The notes beneath the pieces were generated by a model, which saw only the letters and a list, made by a program, of their open reading frames with translations, ran no database searches and was not told where the DNA came from. Below, piece by piece: positions 49,969 to 60,169 of a stretch of 64,000 bases of DNA (position 1 is its first letter; every line of letters starts with the position of its first letter). The position numbers and the translations under genes were made by a program. Source of the DNA: an uncultured Acidimicrobiia bacterium (GTDB lineage: Bacteria; Actinomycetota; Acidimicrobiia; IMCC26256; JAENVU01); NCBI GenBank assembly GCA_963848485.1, contig CAWKDX010000001.1:235145-299144 (forward strand), in the 5' to 3' direction.

Positions 49969-51331
49969 GTGGAGGGGACCGGCACCAGCGGGGTCGTGGT
50001 GGTGGTCGTCGTCGTCGTCGTGCTGGTCGCGGCGTGTGGCGCGGTCCTCGACCCGCCCGACGAACGCGATCGCGGCGCCCTTGTCGTCGAACTCCTTGCG
50101 GTCCTGGACCGCGACCAGCGCGTCCTCGGTGAGGTCGTCCTTGGTCACCTTGGTGTGCTGGACGACCGTCGGGTCCCAGATCAGCAGACCGCCGGGCCGG
50201 CCCTGGTAGACCGTGACCTGGCCGGCGTGGTCGAACGCGACGTAGTACGTGCGGCGCGCGTACCAGGCGGTGACCGCGACCGCGAGGCCGAGGATCAGGA
50301 CGATCGGCAGGAGGAAGCGGGCGAAGCGGCCGACGGACTTGGCCGGGTTGCGCTCCTTGCGCCGCTCGGCACGCTCGCGACGGGCCAGCGCCTGCGCGGC
50401 GGTGGCGCCGTCCGGGCACCTGGACTGCGGCGCCGGCGCCGGGCTCGGCGTCGGGCGCGCGGGCGGAGCGAGCGGCGCGCTCGTGGGCGCGGCGTCGGAT
50501 CGGCGACGGCGCCGGGCGGCGCATCGGCCGCCGTGCCCGATCGCGACGGGCATCGCGACCGTGACCTCCGGCCCGACCGAGGGCGTCGCGGGCGCGAACG
50601 GGTCGGCGCCGTCGTCCTCGATGTCGATGACGATCGTCGTGATGTTGTCCTCGCCGCCGGCCGCGTTCGCCGCGTCGACGAGGAGGTTGGCGGCGCGGGT
50701 CGGGTCGCTCTCCCGGCGCAGCAGCGCGCCGATGGCCCCGGGCCGCAGCATCGTGGTGAGACCGTCCGAGCAGAGCAGCAGCCGGTCGCCGGGGAGCAAC
50801 GGCACCGGGTACACGTCGACCTCGACGTTGTCCTCGACGCCGAGCGCCCGGGTGATGATCGAGCGCTGCGGGTGCACCGCGGCCTGCTCCTCGGTGAGCC
50901 GGCCCTCGCGCATCAGCTCCTCGACCAGGCTGTGGTCGGTGGTCAGCTGGCTGAGCTCGCCGTCGCGCAGCAGGTACGCCGCGGGAGTCGCCGACGTGGC
51001 CGACGAGCACGCCGTTGCCGTCGGGCACGACCGCGGTGAGGGTGGTGCCCATGCCGTGGAGGTCTTCGTCGTCGGCGGCCTTGCCGTGCACCGCGTCGTT
51101 CGCGCTGGTGATCGCGTCGCCGAGCCCGGTGCCCGACGCGACCGCGGCGCGCAGCGCCTCGAGCGCCGTCGCGCTCGCGACCTCGCCGGCGCGGTGGCCG
51201 CCCATGCCGTCGGCGACCGCGAACAGCTGCAGCCGGCGGTCGACGACGTAGCTGTCCTCGTTCCTCGCACCTGCCCTGTCCGTCGCCCACCGGGACACTT
51301 CATGTTCCGCTCCGCTGGCGCCGGCCCTCAC
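49965..51331 (-). CDS. pstP: PP2C-family Ser/Thr phosphatase PstP with C-terminal TM/extracellular segment (frame-interrupted; start uncertain: 51355, 51331 or 51303)
   Basis: SRWATDRAGARNEDSYVV...LFAVADGMGGHRAGEVAS...LHGMGTTLTAVV...VGHVGDSR.YLLRDGELSQLTTDHSLV...HPQRSIITRALG...LLCSDGLT...AGGEDNITTIVIDI. TM helix FLLPIVLILGLAVAVTAWY. Confidence 0.75.
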
Positions 51332-51368
51332 CCTCGCTGGTGGTGCACAGCCTCATGTCCCGCTCCAC

Positions 51369-51849
51369 TCACTTGGTGATCTCCGCGAGGGTGTTGCCGA
51401 ACTGGACCTGGTCGCCGCGGTGCAGGCGGGTGACCTCGCTGATGCGCTCGCCGTTCACCAGCGTGCCGTTGGTCGAGCCGAGATCCTCGACGTAGGTCTC
51501 GCGGCCGCGGCGGAACGAGGCGCGCGTGGACCTGGGAGACGAACGTGTCGTCGTCGAGCACCACGCCGCACCCCGGCGCGCGCCCGACCGTGACCTCCTC
51601 CGCGAGCGCGTAGACCTCGCCGTTGCGCGCCGGCGGCTCGAGCAGGTACAGCTGGCTGCCGCCGCGCGCCTTCGTCGCCTTCTTCGCGGCCGGGCGCCGC
51701 GGCCAGCGGCTCGGCGCGACGACGGCGACCGGCACCGGGACCTTCGCCGGCTTGAGCTCGAGGCGGACGATCCGCACGACCCGGAACAGGAACAGGTAGA
51801 GCAGCGCGAGGAAGCAGAACTTCAGAACGGTGAGCAAGCCCTCGGACAC
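51369..51849 (-). CDS. fhaB: FHA-domain protein FhaB/FipA-like (one frame change near 51505)
   Basis: GTG 51849. TM helix LLTVLKFCFLALLYLFLF. After correction the FHA domain reads VTVGRAPGCGVVLDDDTFVSQVHAR..FRRGRETYVEDLGSTNGTLVNGERISEVTRLHRGDQVQFGNTLAEITK*. TGA at 51369-51371. Confidence 0.7.
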
Positions 51850-51864
51850 GGTGCTCCTCGGCCG

Positions 51865-52518
51865 CTACGAAGCCTCGAACCGGATGGCCACGGCACCGAT
51901 GCCGATCAGGTCGCCGTCCATCAGCACGTGGTTCTTCGCGGGAGCCGCGTTGACCATCGTCCCGTTGAGCGATCCGAGATCGACGAGGCGGTAGGCGTCC
52001 GGTTCGGGGCGGATCTCGGCGTGGCGCCGGGAGGCGAGGGGATCCTCGATGGGCAGGTCGCAGTCGGCGAGGCGGCCGATGACGAACGGCTCGGCGCCGA
52101 GGGTGATGCGGCGCCCGTCGGGCAGGACGAGCGCCCCGACCCGGCCGCCGGGGCCCTCCTTGATCGAGGCCTCGACCTCGAGGTCGCCCCGGCGCAGCCG
52201 CGGGTCCTCGACCAGCTGGACCGCGACCGGGCCGAGGAAGTGGTAGCCGTCCGAGCGGGCGTGGTCCCGGGCCTCCTCGGCCAGCTCCCGCTCCAGGACG
52301 TCGGCGTAGTCGTCGAAGCGCTCGGCGTCCTCGGCGCAGAGGCAGACGAGGAAGTAGTTGGGCGCGACCGTGCCCCGGACGCCCAGCGTGCGCCCGTTGT
52401 CCATCTCGCGCAGCAGCTTGCGTGCAATCTCGACCGGCTGGAGACCGCTGCGGAAGGCCTTCCCGAAGGCGCCCTCCACCAGCCGCTCGAGCCGACGCTC
52501 GAAGCCCTGGACTCCCAT
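51865..52518 (-). CDS. fhaA: FhaA (FhaA N-terminal/DUF3662 domain plus C-terminal FHA domain)
   Basis: Intact; ATG 52518. MGVQGFERRLERLVEGAFGKAFRSGLQPVEIARKL...FVIGRLADCDLPIEDPLASRRHAEIR...YRLVDLGSLNGTMVNAAP. Confidence 0.8.
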   Translation of the reverse strand: MGVQGFERRLERLVEGAFGKAFRSGLQPVEIARKLLREMDNGRTLGVRGTVAPNYFLVCLCAEDAERFDDYADVLERELAEEARDHARSDGYHFLGPVAVQLVEDPRLRRGDLEVEASIKEGPGGRVGALVLPDGRRITLGAEPFVIGRLADCDLPIEDPLASRRHAEIRPEPDAYRLVDLGSLNGTMVNAAPAKNHVLMDGDLIGIGAVAIRFEAS

Positions 52519-52594
52519 CGGCACCGAGTGTACGGCCCGAGCCCGAGCAACCACGGCCACACAGGCCGGGGGCCGCTCGAGCCGGTGGGCCCGG

Positions 52595-55088
52595 TCAGCT
52601 CACGGGTCCGACAACCGGTCCGGGAATGATTCCATGGCTGGGTGCCGGGCCCCGCTCGTTGTCCGCCTTTTCCAGGATCTCCTTCGGGACGAGCCCCCGG
52701 GAGACCCAGTGGTGCTTCTCGTCGGCCCAGATGAGCAGCGGTGGCAGCACGACGAGCGCGCTCAGCAGCGCCACGGTGACGTTCAGCGCCACGACGATGC
52801 CGAAGTCGCGCAGCAGGGGCAGCGACGAGGTGGCGATCACGGCGACGCCCGAGATCGCGGTCAGCCCAGAGACGATGAACGCCCGGCCGGTGCGGCACGC
52901 GGTCACGTCGACCGCGGCGCGCGGCAGCAGTCCCCGTCGTCGTTCCTCGACGAACCGCAGCAGGATCAACGACGTGAACTCGGTGCAGGTCGCGACGACG
53001 AGCGGACCGCCGACCGCGGTCATCGGGCTCAGCTTGAGGCTGAGCACGTACGCGAAGAGGGATGCGGCTCCGACCGCGATGAGCACCGGGACGAGCGACA
53101 GCAGGGCCCGGACGACGCTGCGGAGCCGGACGGAGAGGAACAGGAACACGAACAGGATCGCGAGGTAGGTGAGCCCGACCCGGTTCGCCTCGAGGTTGTC
53201 GAGCAGGCCGACGCCGACGACGGCGAGACCGGATGGCGTGGCGCGCACGCCCGCGGGCGGGTGCGTCGTCTTCCGGATCTCCTTCACGACCATGGCTCGA
53301 GCGTCGAGCCCGCTCGGCCCGGTGCGGAACACGAGGTTGAGCGCGTCGTTGCTCGGTGTCGCGGTCGAGAGCTGGACGTCCTTCGGCGCGACGTCGTAGG
53401 CGGCCTTCACCTGCTCGCCGGTCGGCGCCAGGTGTGCCGCGCCGGGCACGTCGCTGAGGTCGCTCACGACCTCGACGATGCTCGAGCCCGTCAGCAGCGT
53501 GCCGGGGTACTTCGCGAGCTGCTGCGCGGGTGAACCCGTCGAGGAAGCCGACGGTCTTGTCGCTGAAGCCCTGCTTGGACTGCACGTACACGCCGAGCTC
53601 GCTCGAGGACCCGGTCTGCTTGTCGAGGACGTGGAGGTCCTTGATCACCTGCGACTTCTGGTTGACCCACTGGATCGGGTCGGTCTGCAGCACGAGCTTG
53701 CCCTCGACGAGCACGCCGCCGGCGAAGATCACGATGCTCGCGATCGCCAGGAAGATGGCGAGCCGTGCCGGGATGCTGCCGAGCCAGACCACGAGCCGGC
53801 CGAGCGGACCCTGGCTGAAGTCCTTGGCCTTGGTGGGCGACTTGTACTCGCGGATGCCGAGGATGGCGAGGGGCGCAATGATGCTGTTGACGCAGATCGC
53901 GGCTACCCCCACCGCGAGCAGCAGGCCGAACTGGCGCAGCATCGGGACCTTGGCGAAGTGCAGCGCCGCGAACGCGAAGATCGCGTCGAACGTCACGACG
54001 AGCAGCGCCGGGCCGAGGTTCCGGGAGGTCTCCTGGATCGGGTGCGTGGCCCGGTCGACGACGACTTCCTCCTCGACCCGTGCGTGCATCTGGATCGCGT
54101 AGTCGATGCCGATGCCGAGCATCACCGGCAGGCCACCGATCGTGACGATCGTCAGCGGGATGCCCAGGTAGCCGGCGATGCCGAACGCCCAGATGACACC
54201 GACGACCACGACGCCGAGCGCGAGCAGGCGCCAGCGCACGCTGAAGAGGACGAGCAGGATGAGCGCCATGATCGCGGCCGCGAGCGCCCCGAGCGTGAGC
54301 ATCCCGCCGGTGAGGTAGTCGTTCACGTTCTTCAACAGGACGGGCGCGCCCGTGGTGACGATGGATGCATGGTCGAACTTCAGCTTCTTCGCGACGTCCT
54401 GCACGAGCACCGACGCCTTGCCTTCGTCCTTGATCGACTCGTTGCCCGGCAGTCGCGTGACGATCTGCGCGTGACGGGCGTCGGGGAAGTTCGCGAGGAG
54501 CGGCTTGCGGATGTTGCCCTGGTTGTCGTACAGGAGGAAGTCGACGTACGCCGGGTTGTTGAGCGTGCGCTCGGCGGCCGGGATCGCGGAGATGCGAGTC
54601 AGGGTCGTGGCCGTGTCGGCGTTGCGGGCGGCGGCGTCCGCCGGCGTCTTGGCGCGCGCGACGCCGTCGAGGAGGATCTTGCTGGCGACTCCCTTGGTCG
54701 GGTCCCCGCCGGGACCGAGCACGAGCGCGTTGTTGAACTGCAACGCGGTCAGCGGCGTGACGGTGTTCACGATCTTGCCGCTGTCGTGCAGCTGCTTGCT
54801 CACCGCGTTCCACTGAGCGATGTTCTTCGCCGTGAAGAGCTCGTTGACCGTGTGGCCCTTGTCCATCGTCACGAGCGTGACCATGGCTTCGCCGCCGAAG
54901 AGCTTCTGGTAGGCGACGCTGTCCTTGTAGACCTGCTCGCTCTTGTTGAGGTAGCTGTCCTGGCCGGTCGAGAACTCCAGGTTCGTGATGCCGTAGCCGA
55001 GGCCGATCGTGATGATCGCGCCGATCGAGAGCACGATGATCCAGTGCTTCCCCAGATTGAGCCCGAGCCAGCTCCAGAACTTGTGCAC
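52595..55088 (-). CDS. MMPL/RND-superfamily membrane transporter (one frame change near 53525)
   Basis: GTG 55088. About 520 good codons in ORF 51921-55088 (WIIVLSIGAIITIGLGYG...VLLKNVNDYLTGGMLTLGALAAAIMALILLVLF...IGGLPVMLGIGIDYAIQMH...). It continues in ORF 52595-53467 (...LTYLAILFVFLFLSVRLRSVVRALLSLVPVLIAVGAASL...VVATCTEFTSLILLRF...ATSSLPLLRDFGIVVALNV). This is the two 6-TM bundle MMPL architecture. Confidence 0.75.
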
Positions 55089-55222
55089 GCCGGTTCCCCC
55101 CGATTGCAGTGTCTGCGGCGGACGTTACCGACCCGATCGGAGACTGGATAGGGACTTCAGTCCTTCGGTGCGAATGGGATCGTGACGGCCCACGCCTTGG
55201 CGCTACCCTCAGCACTCCACTC

Positions 55223-55306
55223 GGGCGAGTGGCGGAATTGGCAGACGCGCAGGCTTCAGGTGCCTGTGTCCGAAAGGATGTGGGGGTTCAAGTCCCCCCT
55301 CGCCCA
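55223..55306 (+). tRNA. tRNA-Leu (anticodon CAG), long variable arm, CCA not encoded
   Basis: GGGCGAGTGGCGGAATTGGCAGACGCGCAGGCTTCAGGTGCCTGTGTCCGAAAGGATGTGGGGGTTCAAGTCCCCCCTCGCCCA. The acceptor stem GGGCGAG/CTCGCCC pairs perfectly. The anticodon loop is TTCAGGT. The T-arm is GGGGGTTCAAGTCCCCC. It is near-identical in layout to E. coli tRNA-Leu(CAG). Confidence 0.9.
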
Positions 55307-55340
55307 CTCCCGGCGGCGCGGTTGTCACCGCACCGAGCGT

Positions 55341-55853
55341 CTACTCCCGGAGGCAATCCCTGAGAAGGTCGAGATGACCAGCATGGCGTGCGGTCTCGTC
55401 GATCATGTGCACGAGGATCCAGCGCAGGTTCACCGGCCCCACCCCGAAGGACGGAACCGCGGCAACTCGGTCGAGTGAACCAAAACGGGCGACCGCGGCT
55501 CGGCTCCGACCGCACGCCGACAGGTACAGCTGCGCGATTTCGTCGACCGTGTCCGTCTCGTCGATGCGCATCGCCCGGTCGGGATCATCGGCGCCGGGTG
55601 CGTTCCACGGCGTCGGCATCGGGACACCCAGGAACCGGCCTTGGAACCAGCGGTCTTCTGCCCACGCCAGGTGCTTGACGACCCCGGCGATGGTCAGGTC
55701 CGTGGCGGGCAGGAGCCTCGTGGAGGCCTCCTTCCATCCAAGGTCCACCAACGACGACGCTGCGACCTCTCGGTACAGGTCGAGGCGTTGCACGAGCGCA
55801 GTGCGCTCGTCCTCGGGCTGGAGGTCGGTGTGCTGCCGTCCGCGGCCTTCCAT
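55341..55853 (-). CDS. DinB-family (DUF664 / mycothiol-transferase-like) protein
   Basis: Intact 170 codons inside ORF 55341-56150. VVKHLAWAEDRWF...RWILVHMIDETARHAGHLDLLRDCL (the characteristic C-terminal His-containing motif). Confidence 0.7.
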   Translation of the reverse strand: MEGRGRQHTDLQPEDERTALVQRLDLYREVAASSLVDLGWKEASTRLLPATDLTIAGVVKHLAWAEDRWFQGRFLGVPMPTPWNAPGADDPDRAMRIDETDTVDEIAQLYLSACGRSRAAVARFGSLDRVAAVPSFGVGPVNLRWILVHMIDETARHAGHLDLLRDCLRE

Positions 55854-55970
55854 GTCCCGAATGCTCGCGCGCCGACCGGCCGGTCGCGCTCGGACGGGCC
55901 AGTCCAGCTGGGTGACGGCAGGTGTGGGTGGCGTCGCCCCGCATCCTGGTGATGGGCGACAATCTCGGGC

Positions 55971-56669
55971 GTGTCGTCGAGTCCGTGCGTCGAGTTGGAG
56001 AATGTGAGCGTTCGCTACGGTCGGGTCGTTGCGCTCCAAGACGTGACGCTTGCGGTTCGGCCGGGCCAGCTGCTGTGCGTGCGAGGAGTCAACGGGGCCG
56101 GGAAGACCACCCTCTTGCGTCTGCTCGCGGGCGTTGTGCGCCCCTCGCACGGATCGAGAATGGGGTCGCGTCGCGTCGCGTATGTCCCAGCGGCGATTCC
56201 ACCGCCGTCGCTGTCGGCGAAGAGTTGGCTTCGGGGCGTTCGGTCACGACACGACGGCGATCCGTTCGCTGCGTTGAAGCAGCTGGGGTTCGACGGCGAG
56301 CTCGGGCGAAGTTGTCGTGCGCTCTCGTTCGGGAACCTCCGCAAGCTCCTCCTCGCCGACGCGCTGTCGAGCACGGCGGACCTGATCGTGATCGACGAAG
56401 CCAACATCGGACTCGACACCGCTGGGCATCAGGGGATGACGGAGCTCGTCACCGAGAACCTCGCACGCGGCGCAGCCGTCGTCGCGGCTGTCCAACAGAG
56501 CGAGACCATGGCAGGCGCAGACTCGATCGTGGTGGTCGGTGACCGCACGATCCGAGAACGTGATGCGGAGGAAGCCGACATCGGATTCCGCGGGCCCCCG
56601 GAGCAGATCGGCACGCTGATCCGAGCCGCGCACGAGCTCGGGTTCCGCCCGACCTCTCACCAGCGGTGA
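55971..56669 (+). CDS. ABC transporter ATP-binding protein with a degenerate signature motif
   Basis: Intact; GTG start. Walker A GVNGAGKTTL, signature position LSFGNLRK, Walker B LIVIDEANIGLD. Confidence 0.75.
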   Translation: MSSSPCVELENVSVRYGRVVALQDVTLAVRPGQLLCVRGVNGAGKTTLLRLLAGVVRPSHGSRMGSRRVAYVPAAIPPPSLSAKSWLRGVRSRHDGDPFAALKQLGFDGELGRSCRALSFGNLRKLLLADALSSTADLIVIDEANIGLDTAGHQGMTELVTENLARGAAVVAAVQQSETMAGADSIVVVGDRTIRERDAEEADIGFRGPPEQIGTLIRAAHELGFRPTSHQR

Positions 56670-57292
56670 CGCGCTTCACGCTCCGGCTGGTGGCCCGTTC
56701 GGGACGATGGGTCGCGCCGGCGAGCATGTACCTCGTCTGGCTGGTCCTCGTCCTCGCAAACCCTGGGCCCGCACTCACCAACGGAGCGAACATGTTCTTC
56801 GGTGCGGTCGTCTTCGCCGCGTGGCTCGCGGTCACCGCGGGGAATGTTGACGATGATCCACACCGCGATCTCTGCGCCGCCGTCGCGGGGTCACCCGGTC
56901 GGCTCCACATCTGTCGCGCGCTCGCAAGCATTGGTGCCAGCGCGGGTGTCGTCGTCGTGACCGCGTTGTTGACCGGATCGACGGGCGATCTCGGCCGCCA
57001 CGAGCTTCCCTACACCGTGGGCTGCACCATCGTGCTCCTGGTCTCGGGCGCGCTGATCGGCTCCGCGATCGGTGTCTTCTTGCACCGGCCCGTGATCCGC
57101 AGCGTGGCTTGGTCGCTCGTGCTGGGCGCTTCAGCAGCCATCGCCGTCGCGCTGCTCCCGCCCGTGCAGCACGTGCTTCGCAACTTCGACCACGACACCA
57201 CCCATGGCGTCTTCGTCCTGCTCGCCGCCGCCGCGACCAGCGCCACACTGGCGATCATCGTCTCGGCCACGCTCGCCTACCGGAGCAGTTGA
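56666..57292 (+). CDS. Hydrophobic membrane protein, putative permease partner of the preceding ATPase
   Basis: Intact 208-aa ORF. GTG overlaps the upstream stop (GTGA). About 5-6 hydrophobic segments (YLVWLVLVLA, FFGAVVFAAWLAV, VVVVTALL, IVLLVSGALIGSAIGVFL, LVLGASAAIAVALL, VFVLLAAAATSATLAIIV). Confidence 0.5.
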   Translation: MTRFTLRLVARSGRWVAPASMYLVWLVLVLANPGPALTNGANMFFGAVVFAAWLAVTAGNVDDDPHRDLCAAVAGSPGRLHICRALASIGASAGVVVVTALLTGSTGDLGRHELPYTVGCTIVLLVSGALIGSAIGVFLHRPVIRSVAWSLVLGASAAIAVALLPPVQHVLRNFDHDTTHGVFVLLAAAATSATLAIIVSATLAYRSS

Positions 57293-57391
57293 CCACCCCG
57301 TCACGGTCTCTCGACGCATCCGCTCCCCTGACCGCTCCGACCCGTGGCGCCCCGGAGGCCCGCGGTGCGTCCCACCGGGCGGTCGCGCGGG

Positions 57392-59319
57392 CTAGGGGTT
57401 GGGCGCGGTCTGCTGCTGGATCAGCGCCGCGTACGCCGCGCTGACCGGTCGGGTTCAGGTGGATGCCGTCCTGGTAGAAGTACTCGGGGTGGGCGTCGCC
57501 GATCGCGTGCCAGTCGATCAGCTTGGCGTTCGGGTACTTCGAGACGTTCGAAGCGAGGACGTCGTTGTCGATCCCTTCCCACGAGCGTGGCACCTTCAGG
57601 TTGAGGAACACCACGCGCTTGCGGTCCTTGAGGATGTCCATGATCGCGTCCATGTGGCCCTGGGTGATCACGCCGTTGGTGCCCATGTGCACGACGACGG
57701 TGTCACTCAGCTGACCCGCAGCCTTGATCTCGCGCAGGATGTCGATCGCGGTCCCGAACTGCCGGTTGACCGCGGCATCGATGCGGACCGGTCCGAGCGC
57801 CTGCACGAGCGCGGTCTCCGCGCCGACCATCACGGAGTCGCCGACGAGCGTCACGCGCGCCACGGCCGGGTCCGCGGCGCGCCGGCGGCGGTGCCGCGCC
57901 CGCGACGGTTGCGGTGGTGGTCCCCGGGAGCGCCACGGTGGTGACGGTGGTCTGCGCAGCGGATGCGGCCTTGACGTCGAGGCCCGGAGGAATCGGCGCG
58001 GGCTGCCCGTTGGCGAGGCCGACGGCCACCAGGACGATCCCGAGGAGGAGCGACCCGGAGATCACGGCGGTGCGGGCGCCCATGCTGATCCGCTCCGATC
58101 CTGTCGAGCTGCGCAGCTCCTTGAACCATCGGCTGAGGGCGCCCTGCCGGATGGGCTGCTCGACGTACCGGTAGGAGAGCTCGGCGATCGCGACCGTCAC
58201 CGCCAGCCGCAGGATCAGGTTGGGTGTCCCGGTCCAGCCGATGTCGAGCACCGGCCGGGTCACCATGAACACCGGCCAGTGCCAGAGGTAGATCCCGTAG
58301 GACCGCTCACCGATCCACCGCAGCGGTTTCAGCCCGAGCAGCCGACTGAGATCGGCCGCGGGGTGCACCGTGACCGCGATGACCATCGCGGCGAGGATCG
58401 AACAGACCAGGAACCCGCCTCGGTAGAGGTCGTTCGAGAACTCGTTGACGTTCAGGAACATCCACGCGAGACCGGCGAGGCTGCCGAACCCCACGACGTC
58501 GAGCACGATGCGCGCGCCACTCGTGAGCTTGTCCGAGAGGCGCCAGGGCGCCCAGACCATCGCGAGCACCGCGCCGATGAGCATCGTGAAGGCGCGGGTG
58601 TCGGTGCCGTAATAGACGCGCGACGGGTCGTGATCGAGCGGGTAGCCGCGGTGGATCGACAGCGCGATCATGAGTCCGGACGAGAGCACGATCATGCCGA
58701 GCGTCGCGAGCAGCATCGGTCGCCGACGGCCGTGCCAGAGCTTGAACATGCCGGTGAGCAGCAACGGCCAGATCAGGTAGAACTGCTCCTCGACCGCGAG
58801 CGACCACAGGTGCTGGAGCAGCGGCGGGCGGCCTGCGGCCTCGAAGTACGACAGGTTGTGGAAGATCTGCCACCAGTTGGTGCCGTAGAAGAGCGCGGCG
58901 ACGACGTCGCCCCGGAGCTTGGTCACCTCGTCGGGCAGGAACACGACCGCGAAGAGGCCGACGACGCCCAGCAGCAGGAAGAGCGCGGGCAACAGTCTCC
59001 GGGCCCGCCGAAGGTAGAACTGGCCGAGCCCGATGCCGCCCTGGTTCCGGAACTCCGCGAGGAGCAACGACGTGATCAGGTAGCCACTGATCACGAAGAA
59101 CACGTCGACGCCGAGGAATCCGCCGGGGATCCAGTTCAGGGTCGCGTGGTAGAGCAGCACTCCGGTGACGGCGAACGCACGCAGCCCGTCGAGCCCGGGC
59201 ATGTAGCGCATGCGCACGAGGTGTCGGGTCGCTTCACCCCGGGCCGTCTCCGCGCCGGCTCTGTTGCCGCCACCCGGCGCGTCCGAGCGCGCAGAAGAAC
59301 GGGTGTCCAGGGCCGACAT
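57392..59319 (-). CDS. Acyltransferase-3 family membrane O-acyltransferase fused to a C-terminal SGNH hydrolase domain (OafA-like) (two frame changes)
   Basis: ATG 59319. MPGLDGLRAFAVTGVLLYHA...GFLGVDVFFVISGYLITSLL...LWSLAVEEQFYLIWPLL...RWIGERSYGIYLWHWPVF. Then Thr/Ala linker and ORF 57255-57863 frame VTLVGDSVMVG...VVVHMGTNG...FYQDGIHLNP. Tail SAAYAALIQQQTAPNP* after a shift near 57450. Confidence 0.75.
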
Positions 59320-59464
59320 GACGACATTCTCTCGCGTTCGACGGAGCAAAAGGGGATCGCCTGCGTGGCGTTCGGCACACGTCGGCCCGCGTCTGCCTTA
59401 CCTCGGTCGTGCCGGGTCGCTCCAGCATCCGCACTTCGTGCCCGCGCCTGCGTACGCTCCCTCG

Positions 59465-60169
59465 ATGGAGGTCCGTGAGGGGTACGCGCCGCTGGCTCGG
59501 CTGGTGGCCGAGCGAGCGACGACCGCGCAGCCGCTCGTCGTCGGCATCGGTGGCGGGGTGGCGGTGGGCAAGAGCACCGCGGCCGCGGCCGTGTCCGAGC
59601 TCTTCGCCCCGGGCCGGGTCGAGGTCGTCGCCACGGACGGCTTCCTGCGTCCCAACGCCGAGCTCCTCGCCGAGGGCCTCCTGCACCGAAAGGGCTTCCC
59701 CGAGAGCTACGACGCCCCGGCCGTCGAGGCGTTCCTCGACGCCGTGCACCGCCGCGACCCGAGGATCACGGTGCCGGTGTACTCGCACGTCACCTACGAC
59801 GTGACCGACGAGCGCAAGCCGATCGAGACGCCCGACGTGCTGGTGCTCGAGGGAGTGAATGCGCTCCGGTTCGCCGATCGACTCGATGTCGCCGTGTATC
59901 TGAACGCATCCGAAGCGGCAATGGAGGACTGGTACGTGACCCGATTTCTGAGGCTGTGCGAGGCGCCGCCACCCGGTTCGTTCTACGCACAATTCGCCGA
60001 TCGGGACCTGGACGGCTGCCGATCGCTCGCGGGTGACGTCTGGCGCGGGGTGAACCTCCCGAACCTCCGCGAGCACATCCGTCCGACCCTCGCCGTCGCC
60101 GACATCGTGGTGGAGAAGCGCGCCGACCACTCGGTCGGCCGCGTCGACGTCATGAACCTGGTCCCATGA
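59465..60169 (+). CDS. coaA: Type I pantothenate kinase (short form)
   Basis: Intact; ATG 59465. P-loop VVGIGGGVAVGKSTAA; TDGFLRPNAEL...RKGFPESYD; PVYSHVTYD; VLVLEGVN; C-terminal W.GVNLPNLREHIRPTLAVADIVVEKRADHSV, matching the CoaA tail pattern I recall. Confidence 0.7.
   Translation: MEVREGYAPLARLVAERATTAQPLVVGIGGGVAVGKSTAAAAVSELFAPGRVEVVATDGFLRPNAELLAEGLLHRKGFPESYDAPAVEAFLDAVHRRDPRITVPVYSHVTYDVTDERKPIETPDVLVLEGVNALRFADRLDVAVYLNASEAAMEDWYVTRFLRLCEAPPPGSFYAQFADRDLDGCRSLAGDVWRGVNLPNLREHIRPTLAVADIVVEKRADHSVGRVDVMNLVP

Noticed and set aside
51328-51331. Apparent GTGA overlap between ORF 51328-51849 (fhaB frame) and a GTG start of pstP
   Set aside because: After correcting the fhaB frame, its real stop is TGA at 51369-51371 (...NTLAEITK*). 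The overlap therefore belongs to a wrong-frame tail. The pstP start remains ambiguous (51355, 51331 or 51303).
55223-57300. Integrated element or prophage at the tRNA-Leu gene
   Set aside because: No integrase, excisionase or repeat of the tRNA 3' end was found downstream by eye. The flanking genes (DinB family, ABC pair) have the same GC character as the rest of the window.
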